DNA of 63,640 nt, the filler included, from Reticulomyxa filosa (lineage: Eukaryota > Protista > Foraminifera): NCBI GenBank assembly GCA_000512085.1. It is 15 parts of 15 records of this genome, joined end to end, with 100 filler letters (N's around TTAATTAATTAA, not from the genome) between each part and the next. Parts side by side here need not be neighbours in the genome. Positions count along the whole stretch, not along the records: positions 1 to 4,089 come from ASPP01043991.1; positions 4,190 to 7,961 come from ASPP01019472.1; positions 8,062 to 14,548 come from ASPP01047841.1; 12 more parts are not named here. One strand, given 5' to 3'. Under the pieces are notes generated by a model. It saw nothing but the letters and a program-made list of their open reading frames with translations, was not told where the DNA came from and did not search any database. Made by a program: the position numbers and the translations under genes. Of this stretch, positions 1 through 11,700 are shown piece by piece (the stretch's first letter is position 1; each line of letters begins with the position of its first letter).

Positions 1-599
1 TTTATTGGAAACATTTAATTTGCACTTTGTTTTATGCACATTCATGGTTCAAGACAGACAAAAAAGTTGATGTTTTTCTCATTTAAAAATTTTCAAGTTA
101 ATTACAGCCTGCTCACATAAAAAGGCTGAACAAGATAAAAAAAAATTTCCAATAAAAAAAAGTGAAATGGAAAAAGCAGGATCAGTGATGTTTTCTAACA
201 AAAGCAAGTACAAGTGTGTTCGTAACCTCTGGGCATGCAAAAATGCACATCCTTCATACGATTAAGTTTGTTATGCATTGCATAAATTGAATCGTTGCCT
301 GTCACATAAAGCAATGGTGAGATATTGACAAAAACTTTTTTGCATTCGTTCAATATTACTAATGTCAAAAGTACCTATGGTACACAGCATACAATTTATT
401 GATTTATTTTTGTTTGGAAATTTAAAGAAATCGCAATACCTGTGTCGCCATTTCAGTATCTGTCTATGCGTTTGTGTATTGTGTACATTGCAATCGTTTT
501 ATACTTTGTTTTGTTTTTTTTGATTGGGTGATAAAAGAGAGATCATCTCAAAAAAATTGATTGGGTGCCCTTTGATTTGTAGACAAGTAAACAAGATGT

Positions 600-1151
600 G
601 AAGCTTTTTCAAAAAAGATACCTGAACAACTCGAAGCACTTGCAAAAGCGCTTGTCATCTCATTACGCGTTTCAGCAGGACTGCCATTTGAGGTCGCTTT
701 TTTGTGAGGGTATATAGATCCAATCGATGGATATGTAGTGTTGCAGCTGGACCACGGCGAATGGGTCGAAGATGTTGAAGCGATAGGAACATAGCAAGGA
801 AATGAAGAACTGTTCGTTAACCGAGTTGGTCCACTCGAACACGCTCACGTCTCGGTCGTCCTGTATGTTAAAAAAAAACGTTTGTGCATACCTCGAGTTG
901 CTATAAAGTAACGATATTATGTATGCATTCAGGGGAAGTTGTCCCAAGATTGCATTGATACAAACTCTTCATAACGGGCATGTGTGTATGTATACCATGG
1001 AGCCGCTGGTATTTATCTCAGTGACGATCACTATTCCATCCTTTCGGAAGCGTTCGCTTTGATGTTTGCGTGCTTGCTTGTTGGCACTTTCAATGATTTT
1101 GTTTTCGTTAGCAAATGTATATCCTTTTGTGCAAGAAGATCTCATGTTCAT
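600..1151 (-). pseudogene. Decayed coding sequence, unknown family
   Basis: ORFs 969-1151 and 672-947 are in the same frame, separated by one TGA. C/G-ending codon bias (DDRDVSVFEWTNSVNEQFF...) continues through further in-frame TGA/TAA stops (WQSC*NA**DDKRFCKCFELFRY). Confidence 0.35.
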
Positions 1152-2703
1152 GATTTGAAAATGTTCTCAAAACACATCGATTTGTTCTTGAAATAAACTG
1201 AAGGTATCATGATCTTAGTTTTTTTTTAAACTTTAAAAGTTTGAAATTTCGCACTTATTTAAACGTGCAAAAGACTTTAATAAAATTTTTGTTATGAAAT
1301 AATGTTTTCAAAAAAAGATTATAAAATTTACTTTAGAAATGATTGTATTTGCTTTATTCTGAAAAAGTGTTTCAAAAAAGGCTAGCTCATTTTTTGCTTC
1401 TTGTCTTTTATGTTAAAACTTAGAATAGATGCTGTGATTTTATACAAAAGTGAAAGAATAATCAAATCTGCATGGCATACTGTCTAAAGAGACGTCTACA
1501 AGAGATTTTAAAAAAAAACAAAGTTAAGAAAATAAGGTCCTCTTGAAGTCTCCATATTTAATTCAAAGCAACCACTGCGAAGATTATATTCAAATACAGA
1601 AATTGTGTGCATACGCCACAAACCCTTGCAAATCTCTGAATTTCTTTCGTGTGATCATCTATTGATGGTTTTATAATCTTTTGATCTAATACAATTATCT
1701 TTGTCTTTGCGTAATGAGCGATCTTTAAAAAAAGTATATTTTTTTCAATATTCATTATCCAAAAGTGAACAACTATGCAGCTGACCATTTTATGAAAAAA
1801 AAATTCGACGTAAAGTCCAAAGATATTGATGCATAATGAAAGAACAACAATATTATCTCGTACTCAAAATTATCCGGGAATAAGAGTTGTATTTGCAGAA
1901 TACAATTGATGTTTTCATAAACAAGAAAGTAGAAAGACGATATAGAATTATATAGAGAACATTTTGTATTCCCAATAATTTTCTCTGATAAGATTTTCAA
2001 GGAAAAGTCTATCTCTATACGTCATACTTGCAATATACAGAGATTGCATTTCAAAATCACTTGGAGTTTTCATTGTCATTGTGCTTACTTCATTTTCGCT
2101 TATGTAATAAGTGATTCATGGATTCAGTTGCGTCTATAAAAGCAATTATTCTCGAAAATTTTTCTCCTGCTTTTGACTTCATCAACACATTATGATTTTG
2201 CTTTCGAAAAGGGGATATTTTTGACTCACTTTTTCAAAACAACAGCCGTTTCATTAAAAATGAATGGAATAATTCTTTGCAGATTTGCCAAAATTGATAA
2301 ATCATAGAGCAGCTCAAAACATTTATTGCTGATTCTAATAATATCATTTTCTGTTTTTCGATCAAAGTGTACGTAACTTTAGAAATCAAGATGGCCATCA
2401 TTTATATAATTGAACAATTGATGACCGAGTAATTATAAAGCAAGCAATTAGAGTTTAAGTTGTTAAGTCAGTGTCCATATTTGCCATCGAAGAAACTAGA
2501 AATTTCACATGTTTAGGTTTCATTCTTAACATTTTTTCAATAAACGAGTTGTAACTTTTGAATCTATGTCCTATTTTTTAGAACAAATAGTTTATGAAAA
2601 TAAGAGACAAAGCAGTAAAATTGGGGATAAAAACGTACTGACACATATATCTGAACGGTCAGACCTAGGTTTTGCAAAAAAATAAATTTTTTTGATCCTA
2701 CAC

Positions 2704-4089
2704 ATGGAAGACGAAATATTGTCCTTCTTGAAAAATCCACCTGTTGAAATGAGACAGGAGCAGGCAGAGGCATTGTGCAAGATGCTTCGTGATGATCAAG
2801 AATGTACGTGTATGGAAGACGTTACCAGACTAACAGAAAAAGAATGGGAAGAAGCGTTTAGCAAAGTGGAATTGAAAATTGCAACAAAAGTAAGATTGTA
2901 TCGCGCCATCAAAGACATGTCTAAGAAACGAAGCATTCCAACTCCTGTCGAGTATGTTCTATGCACTGTGTGATATTGAATAGTCGAACAATGAACAAAC
3001 AAGCAGCATTTAAAAAAAAACAGAATCACAGAAGTTGTATTGGTCTCCAAAATCGTAAAAAGAATAAACAAGGCTTATGTGACATTGAAGGTATCCTTAC
3101 TATTTATACTGCAAATAAAAAAAATCGACACTTTATTTTTTAAAAAAAAGTGGAATGCAATAAAATAGAACAACACACAAGTAGAGATTTACCTAAATGA
3201 CGAAAAATGGAAACACTTGGAAATGCAAGAAGGTGACGAAATCAAATGCCACTATTCTATTAATGAATCAAGAGTTGTGACAATACATGACATTCAATTT
3301 TCGGATATATATTCTGCAAATGTTTTAGTATCGAGTAAAGAGTCAATTACTCACATTGTACCACTTTCAATGCAGTCAAGAGGATTGGAGCAAAAAGTGT
3401 GTATATTACACATATGCATATGTTATTTGTAGATATTTGTCTTATTTGAGACAATGTTCATGTTTTGCTCACATTTTTAAAAATGTTTGATATGACAATA
3501 AAGGTGGAATTTTGGAAAGCTGGACCTTCTCCAATATCGAAAGTGGAGCCAAGAAAAGATGACATTGTACAATTTCGATTGCGATTTGTAAATAATGAAT
3601 GGCACCCAATAAACGTGAAGCTGGTGGCACAAACTCCATTGTTTGGTTTTTATTTCTGTGAAATCGTAATAAGCAATTGAATAAGTTTTGTTTTATTTTG
3701 TTTTGTTTTGGATTTGGACAGACGAAAAATGCGAACAATCCTACCTTCGGGAAGTGCAATGCAAGCACTGGAAGCTTTTAATGTTGCTAACCAAGCATTG
3801 GAGAATGCATCCAGTTACATATACTTTATTCCTTTGTTTATTGTAAAATGTGTGTATGTGTATTTTTTTTTTTTTGAAGTGCATTATTTTAAATGTATAA
3901 TTGTTTACCCTTTGTGTAGTCTTAGAATGGATCTTGAGCAATTCAACTGAAAACGTATTCAATTGTGCGAAGAAAGTGATTGAGGCGTGCATAAAAACCC
4001 GGTGTGGTATTCCATCAGAGGTTGTACAATTGTCGGAAAAAAAGCCATTCCAACAAACTCCAGAAATGAAAAAGTGTTGGGAAATTGTG
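2704..4089 (+). CDS. Multi-exon protein with N-terminal SAM-like domain and beta-rich OB/cold-shock-like segments; 3' truncated by contig end
   Basis: ATG 2704. Exon 1 MEDEILSFLK...TCMEDVTRLTEKEWEEAFSKVELKIATKVRLYRAIK has SAM-like spacing. GT-AG introns link in frame to ...EMQEGDEIKCHYSI... and ...PRKDDIVQFRLRFVNNEWHPINVKLV (the GDxVxF...NV pattern of OB folds). Confidence 0.55.
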
Positions 4090-4189
4090 NNNNNNNNNNN
4101 NNNNNNNNNNNNNNNNNNNNNNNNNNNNNNNNNTTAATTAATTAANNNNNNNNNNNNNNNNNNNNNNNNNNNNNNNNNNNNNNNNNNNN
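4090..4189. other. Artificial contig spacer N44-TTAATTAATTAA-N44
   Basis: Identical 100-nt linker with stops in all six frames. Confidence 0.98.
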
Positions 4190-4190
4190 T

Positions 4191-5368
4191 TCTAAACTCA
4201 CACAAGATTATGAAACGCTTCTTCAAATGCATATCTCAAAAAAGAGTGAAGAAGAACAAATGGGAGATATCAAACAAAGCAATGCATCTTTTTCTGTTGA
4301 CACTAATTTTGATTTGTTTCATTCGTCCAAACTTTTCAAAACTTTGAGTGGACATACCGGTCTTGTACGAAGTATCGATTATTCATCTTTTGAAGATTGT
4401 CAATTTCTTTGTTCTGGCTCATCTGATAGCACAGTTTGTGTATGGGATGTCGAAAACAACAAACAAATTCAAACTTTCAATGATCATTCAAACTCAGTGT
4501 CTTGTGTGAAATTTTCACCTTATCATCGCCATAATCACAGACGTAATGTCATTTGCTCTGCTTCATGGGATAAAACTATTCGTTTTTGGAATATGGACAC
4601 TGCAACAGAAGTTCAAAGATTGGATGAACAGACTGGCGTTACTAATATTCAATTTTCGACATTCCACAATGGCCGATATTTGTGTTCCGCTTCTGGTGAC
4701 AAAAGCATTCGTTTATGGGATATTCAAACATCTAAACAATTATGCATTCTTAACGGACATACCAACAAAATTCGGTGCGTAGAATTTTCATCCATACAAG
4801 ATAATAATAATAATAATAATAATAATAATAGCAAAGATAATAATAAAAATTTTGGTTTGATTGGAGGTGCTGGATACACAATTTGTTCTGGGTCGTTAGA
4901 TAAAACCATTCGTTTGTGGGATGTTGAAACATTCAAAGAAATGAACATTTTCGAAGGTCATGAACATTTGGTGGCTAGTGTGAGGTATTTACCTTATGTG
5001 ACAAGCAATCATGGCTATATGTTATACTCCGCATCGACAGATAAAACTGTGCGTTTATGGGATATTCGATCTAAAAAAGAAATTCATGTATTCAAAGGAC
5101 ATACAGGTGCTGTATATTGTGTTGAACATTTACCATACGCAAATAGCAACTGTTATGAAATTGGTGATGCAAACGTTATTTGTTCCGCATCAAGTGACAA
5201 TACAATCCGATTTTGGGATATTCGCAATCAAAAACAATCACATATGATGAAAGGAAGTGAAAATGATGATGGAATCATTTGTTTGCAATTTTTACCTGGA
5301 AATAGAAAAAAAACAGTTTTATTTTATGTTATGGCTCACACAGTGGTCGAATTCGGCTTTGGAAATAA
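4191..5368 (+). CDS. WD40-repeat protein (coiled-coil + 7-bladed propeller family), 5' partial
   Basis: Repeated GH...S.D.TIR.WD units and a poly-N loop. By comparison with the paralogue at 14684, the true C-terminus (LCYGSHSGRIRLWK*, TAA 5366-5368) lies in the -1 frame after an A8 run at 5306-5313. Confidence 0.92.
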
Positions 5369-5546
5369 CGTTTTGAACAGAAAAAGGAATGTTACAAAAT
5401 ATTGAAGTTTTCACAAAAATATAAATTTAATTATTTTTTTTTTTTTTGCGCAAAATCATCAAGTGGACTTTATTCTAGTTTTTTTATATAAGAAATTGAT
5501 TCAATTTGTAACTAGCATTCATTCACAGTTAATCCAATTAACTAAA

Positions 5547-6715
5547 ATGGGAATTCTTTTGGGAACAGCTCACACGGACGAAAACAAACCACAACGAACA
5601 TATTCAGTAACAAAATGTCTAACAAAACCCCTTTCTTTTTGGAGCGAATTAAACAGCTGAGACTAATACAAAATAGTCAGAAGTGAAAACGATAATTCAA
5701 AATTGGCTTCGTACTTTGAATATCGAATTAGGATGGATCAAAGATTTTGACAAAGTTGTAATTAAATACGTTAAGAAATGTATTACTATTTTTTGAAATA
5801 TGTATTACTATTGATTATCAACGTTTAACTCAGGCCAAAAGTTTCCGGATATCGAAAGTTTTGCAAGGGCAAAATGGTGTAATAAAGAGCGTAAAATTTT
5901 CCACAGATGGTCGCAAAATTGTTTCTGCATCTGATGAGGCCGTTGAAATATGGGATGTTGCATTAGGAAAACAAATTCAAATTTTTCGAGGACATTCCGA
6001 TTGGGTTTATAACGCAGATTTCTCACCTGATGGAAATATCGTTGTTTCATGTTCAGGAGATAAAACAGCTCGATTGTGGGATGCAACATCAGGAAAAGAG
6101 TTAATAAGATTGAGTGAACATTTTGATCCTGTGTGGGACGTAGATTTCGCTCCAGATGGTAACACTGTTGCTTCAGGTTCTTATGATAAAACAATACGAA
6201 TTTGGGATGTCAAATCTGGAAAAGAGATCCAAAGACTGGTGGGCAATTCTGTTGGTACAAGTAATGTCCAGTATTCACCAGATGGACAAATGATTGTATC
6301 CTCATCTAAGGGGACCAATATTACTTTATGGAATGTAACATTTGGTGAAAAATTAAAAGAATTGAAAGGACACATCCAACGCGTAACTCGTGCAAAATTT
6401 TCTCCAGATGGACAATTTGTAATATCATGTTCTTCAGATAAAACTATTCGAATATGGGACATTGAAACAGGACAAGAGTTAAAAAAATTAGAAGGGCATT
6501 TAGATGTCGTCAATGAAGCACAATATTTTCCAAATGGCCAAACTATTGTGTCTTGCTCGAATGATAACACAGTCCGCTTGTGGGATACAAAATCAGGACG
6601 GGAAATACAAACATTAGAAGGACATTCTTTTTGGGTAATTGGGGTTGATGTTTCATCAGATGGTAATACGATTGTATCGTGTTCTTTTGATAAAACAATA
6701 AGAATTTGGGAATGA
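5547..6715 (+). CDS. WD40-repeat protein (FSPDG-type repeats) with short N-terminal WLRTLNIELGWIKDFDKVVIKY motif; 3 exons
   Basis: ATG 5547, introns starting 5607 and 5770, then seven regular GH..V..V.FSPDG..IVS.S.D.TIR.WD repeats to TGA 6715. Confidence 0.92.
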
Positions 6716-7166
6716 CGGTAGTTATATTAGCAAATGCACACTTGACCATAACTTCTTGTTTTCTTTGTTTATAATAATGTTTGGATTTGCAAATTCTTTT
6801 TTTTCTGTTGTCAAGAATATTTTCACGTATTGAATGTATTTTACATCAGTTCGTTATCTCTAATTTCATGTCAAAAATTATTATGCGTTATTCGAGAGGG
6901 TTTGATTAGCCTAAAGATCAGATGCCACAATTTTAAATTTTTTCTTTTTTTTTAAGTAGCAGAACATCAATTATGTTTATAACTATATCCAGAACGTGTT
7001 TGCTTCCAGCACGCAAAGTATAGTTTTCCATAAGTTTTGAAAAAGGAGGCATACTGAAAAGTTCAATTAGTTTTCATCATTGAAAAAATTCTATTACTAT
7101 CTATTGACGGGTGCAATCACTAGCCAAACCAATTGAACGAACAAACAACATAAAGATAATTCAAAC

Positions 7167-7961
7167 ATGAGTAAAGTTGAAGAGGAAAAACTAGTAGAAA
7201 ATAAAATTGGAGTGTCTCCAGTTCCTTTTGAACGTGCATGCTTTGATAAGAATTGGATTTTAGGATTAAACCAGTTGGAACAAATTAATGCGTTGATTTG
7301 TCTAATTTGCAAGCAAGTTGCAAACAATCCTGTTGAAATTAGTTGTGATCAGCATAAAGATATGAAACAAGTATTAGTTGCCGGAGAATGCTGTTTAGAG
7401 CAATTTCTTGGCAGTAGTGATGATACATGCCCAGTTCAAGCTCATTGTGGTTGTGCGTACAATAAGACGAATCCAATGCAGCAACAGATTGATGACTTAA
7501 TGGTGACATGTCCGAGACAATTTGAACAAAGTGTGAAATCTCCAAGAATAAACGAAAATGAACAAATGCCAGAGAAGAATATGACAATGGCGTGTAATTT
7601 CAAAGGAAAGATGAAAGACTTGAAGAGCCATTTGGACAGTTCATGTCCGTTGAAACTGGTAAATTGTTGGTTCAAGCCATTTGAATGTCATTATTCATGT
7701 TTGGAAAAGGATTTGGAAGATCATTTAAGTTCAGAGATGAAACATCATTTTGATTTGGTGATGAAGAGATTTGAATCGATGCAAGATACCATACAACAAC
7801 AACAGGTTGTGTATATATATATATATATTTTTTTTTTTTCTCATTCTTTTACAACAACAAAAGCAAAGAAAGCATGTTAAAAAAAAAATAAAAATAAAAA
7901 TAGAAGGAAATAAAACAACTGCAATTAGAAAAGGAACAATTAAAAGTGCAAATGGAATTGG
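7167..7961 (+). CDS. RING-like + TRAF-type zinc-finger + coiled-coil protein, 3' truncated
   Basis: CLICKQVANNP...C..H...CLEQFL...CPV (RING-like); CPRQF...CNFKGKMKDLKSHLDSSCPL and CWFKPFECHYSC...LEDHL (TRAF-type Zn fingers); intron 7806-7903; heptad exon KEIKQLQLEKEQLKVQMEL. Confidence 0.85.
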
Positions 7962-8061
7962 NNNNNNNNNNNNNNNNNNNNNNNNNNNNNNNNNNNNNNN
8001 NNNNNTTAATTAATTAANNNNNNNNNNNNNNNNNNNNNNNNNNNNNNNNNNNNNNNNNNNN
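7962..8061. other. Artificial contig spacer
   Basis: N44-TTAATTAATTAA-N44. Confidence 0.98.
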
Positions 8062-8539
8062 CAAGACCTACAGCAACAGGATTGGAGACTTGTAAGAGAA
8101 AATCAGTTACTTGAATGGAATGAAGTGACTGATGGATGACATTTTATTCTTTTTGACGAACAATTGATCAAGCAACTTTTCTTTTAAAAAAGGGGAATTG
8201 TTATTAGGTGAAGAAAAGCTGACCAAAACAAAATATTGAAATGACACGTCATAGCAATCAACACAAAAAACAGAGTATTTGCTTGTATAAAATGCATACA
8301 ATTTCAGACATTCAAACGCATTATCTTTTCATTATATCCAATATGAAATTCTCAATTATTGTAGAACATTCTCCTTTTCCTTTTTTCGACCATCTCTTTT
8401 GCTCTATTTCTGATTTGAGTACAAATCAGTAAAATTTATACCACAGAATTGCTCTAATTGAAATATATCAATATTGCTAATAGGAGAAGTGACAAATAGC
8501 AATGATGATTGATTCCACTTACATATTTTATTGTCTGTA

Positions 8540-9420
8540 CAGAAGACAAGATAATTCCTTCAATTACCTGCTAGTATTACAAGGTGGACAAGCTGCTATT
8601 GAAAAAGCTTTGTCAAGTTTTAATGAAGCCAACGAACAGATAAAGCAAATATGTCATTAAAAAAAAAAATATGTACATGAAAAAAAAAGTGGATGTTTAC
8701 TTATATCAATATAGATTAAGGGGGAGAAGTGATTGCGTATATAACGGATTTGATTTAAAAAATATTTTTTAAAAAACAAAAACAGAATTGTATTGGTAGA
8801 TTGTGAAGTTGAAATGGTGATAAGAACGCTGCCATCAAATGATGTGTACGTGTTGTGTCAACATCCAAAATCGATAATAGTATTTGAACCATCATTTGAG
8901 ATCGACCATTCTACGTACAGCGTCAGTGGCAGGTTTACTTTTACGACGACTCGATATCAAATGCAAGCGACATTCAAATTGGTGCAAAGTCAGTCGTCAA
9001 ATCAAAAATATTATCATTAACTCGAACAACTTTGCCGGCAATTTTGCAAATGCTGTCCAATTCTGTAATGTTAAGTTTTTTTTTTCTTCTTCTTTTTTTT
9101 TAAAAAACTAACAAATAAAAAAATTGTACAGATCAAACGATAACGCAGGAAAGAGTTGTTGCGGTTTTGTGATGTCATTGGTAAGTGTGAATTGGTCAAA
9201 CGACGCCGACTTTAACACATTGTCCGACCGGCCGCGATTGCTGGCACAAAGTGTGACTGAAAGTCAGTAGTCATTTCCCAATTGTTTTGCACATGCCTTT
9301 GGAATGATTGAAGCGCTATTTGCGCAAATGGGATGGATGGTGCATAACGCATCTGACGAGCAAGTCAATCGTGATGCCCACCATCTTCTGTGCAAAGAAG
9401 CACTCATTCAGCAAAGGTAT
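8540..9420 (+). pseudogene. Probable decayed multi-exon gene
   Basis: Exon-like, higher-GC blocks bounded by AG/GT (e.g. QAAIEKALSSFNEANEQIKQ; VDCEVEMVIRTLPSNDVYVLC) but broken by stops and frameshifts. Confidence 0.3.
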
Positions 9421-9509
9421 TGTGTTCAATTGCACTTACGCAATCATGCACAATATCTGCAAACATGGACATAATCGATTCGTATTGCAAACTCTATTAT
9501 CTCAAAACA

Positions 9510-9710
9510 GTGCCACTACTCATCCAAATATTTTACTATCATCCAAATATTGCCACTATAATCTAAACATTGTCACTACTGCTACGATCATTGCAACTAC
9601 TCACCCAAATATTTACATCTACATCACACAAATATATCGATATGATAATATTAATGTGGACACTCAATTACACCCACAAATATTTTCGATTTGCTATCCA
9701 AACGTCAGCG
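9510..9710 (+). repeat. Degenerate minisatellite (CAYCCAAATATT-like units)
   Basis: Recurrent catccaaatatt / cacccaaatatt / cacaaatat units. Confidence 0.4.
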
Positions 9711-11294
9711 ATATTTGTGACATTGCAAAGTTAACTTTATTTTTTTTATTGTTGTTGCAATAATATTTAATTTTTTTTGTTGTGACTTTTGTACAGGATT
9801 ATATATGGAGAACAATGCGGCCAAATGATTGTTAAATTGGAGGGCTTCAACGAACAAATGTTACTCGATGTGGCAAGCGATATGAGTGTTGTATTGCAAG
9901 ACTATGCACTAGAGAATGTATAATCTTTTTTTTTGTTCATGTCTAACTTATGCTATATACTGTGTACGTGTTTAAAATAGAAGACCACTCTATGATGAAA
10001 AAAATAATAATAATAATTGTAGAAACTACCTCCGTCTCCGAAAGGAGAATGACATGTTTGTTTTATTATCTTTTCTTTTTGGATATATTTAACTGTTGTA
10101 TGCTTTATACTATAGCTTCCTCCGCCTGGCAAAGATAATCAATTAGTACACCCTATACACACACACACACAAAAATAAAAAGTGAAAATAAAATCGGGGT
10201 TGAAATCCACTCCGTCTCCGAAAGGAGTGAAAAAAGTATGACTGTGTTTATATTTATATGTATATACTTTTATCAAATAATGTGGTTATGTTTGTGAAGA
10301 AATAGGAAGTAGGAATTCCCCTCCAAATAAAAAAAAAATACGTACATATGTTCATTTATGTCCCTCCCCTAAAAAACAATTTGTGAAGTGTTTATCACAG
10401 GAAAAAAGAAATGAAAACTGGAAATTGTGTTCGAATAGTCAAAGTTCTAAATATATTTTTTTGTTTGCTCTTAAAAAAATTATAAAATATAACTTTGTTT
10501 GTGTGTATACATGTCATGTCACCAAAAAAGTTTGATTTTGTGTTTATTTTCTTAAAAGGGACTTGGGGAAATGATTTAAAAAAGTTATAATTATGATATG
10601 AAAAAAAAATAATAATTGGGGATATAAAAAAATAATAATTGTTGATATAAAAAAATAAAATAATAAATTTAAAAAAAATTGTGGAAATGATGAAAAATAG
10701 AGGAAAAAAAATGTATAATAAAAAAGAAAAAATGAAAAATGAAAAACGAAAAAGAAAATAGTAAAAAAAAAGAATATTTTTTATGGTGTAAAAAAATTAA
10801 TGATAAAAAAAAAGAATAAGGGGCAGCATATTATATTGGCACTGCATATGACCCACATGGACCCATCAAATGATATTGCTGCTCATATTATCCATATTTG
10901 ATATTTGTCTTTTCTTCAAATCGTGCTACCATGAAAAATCAATTTATTTATTGACACTGCTTCCAATTTATTAATGGCATTGCCAAGCAAATGTAATATT
11001 CAACTGGAAAAGGTTTGGATACAAACGTATTTGATAATTTCCAGAAACCAAAAAATCCTGATCGCGCTCAACAACATTGGACCAGCTTCACAAATTTATC
11101 AATTAACATGCAAAAAGCGACCCACAATAACATTGCCAGCCTTAAAATGTAACATGTATCACGAGCGGATACCAATGATGACATAGACAATGTGCTCGAT
11201 TTGAAGGTATATTGTTTTCATCATATTTTAAGTTGTTGTAATATGTTTTAATCAAAACAATGTGACCATTGTAGAATGATGTACTTTAGATTTA

Positions 11295-11700
11295 TAATGA
11301 AATAAAGAGAAAGAAGAAAAAAAAGGAGAACAAGAAGAAAGAGAAGATAAGGTCATGAAGAAGAAGGAGAATGAGAATGAGAAGGAGAAAAAGAAAAAAA
11401 GAACATAAAGAAAAAAAAGAAGAATATGAAGAACAAAAAGAAGGGCAAGAACAAGAAGAAGAACAAACAGGAAAAGAAGAAAAAAAGAAGAAGAAGAACA
11501 AGAGCATGAAGAAGTAGAAGGAGAAAAAGGAAAAAAAGAAGAGGAAGAGCAAGAAGAACAAGACATAAAGAAGAAGACGGAGAAGAAAACAAGTACATGA
11601 AGGATAAAAATAAAAAAATAAAAACATGGAGAACAAGTACAAGAACATGAAGAATAAGAGTATATTAAGGAAAGAGAAAAAAAAGAAGCAAAATGTAGAC
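11295..11700 (+). repeat. Purine-rich (GAA/GAACAA) low-complexity tract
   Basis: About 400 nt of near-pure A/G built from gaagaa and gaacaa units; produces spurious F/L/S-rich ORFs on the minus strand. Confidence 0.85.

Noticed and set aside
600-1151. In-frame TGA/TAA as evidence for an alternative genetic code
   Set aside because: Well-conserved genes in the window end at TAA and TGA and use TGG for Trp; pseudogene decay is simpler.
1558-2000. Hydrophobic minus-strand ORFs as a GPCR-like gene
   Set aside because: Short, frame-broken, AT-driven hydrophobicity with no family motif.
4134-4145. TTAATTAATTAA recurring 14 times as a possible biological repeat or target site
   Set aside because: Always centred in exactly 44+44 Ns; a synthetic six-frame stop linker.
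10030-10227. Repeat-spacer pattern as a CRISPR array or hammerhead ribozyme
   Set aside because: Only two exact 18-nt copies plus one variant, 72-nt low-complexity spacers, no cas genes, eukaryotic context, and no CUGANGA core.
11252-11648. Three F/L/S-rich minus-strand ORFs as membrane proteins
   Set aside because: Antisense read-out of a GAA-rich tract that lacks stops by composition.
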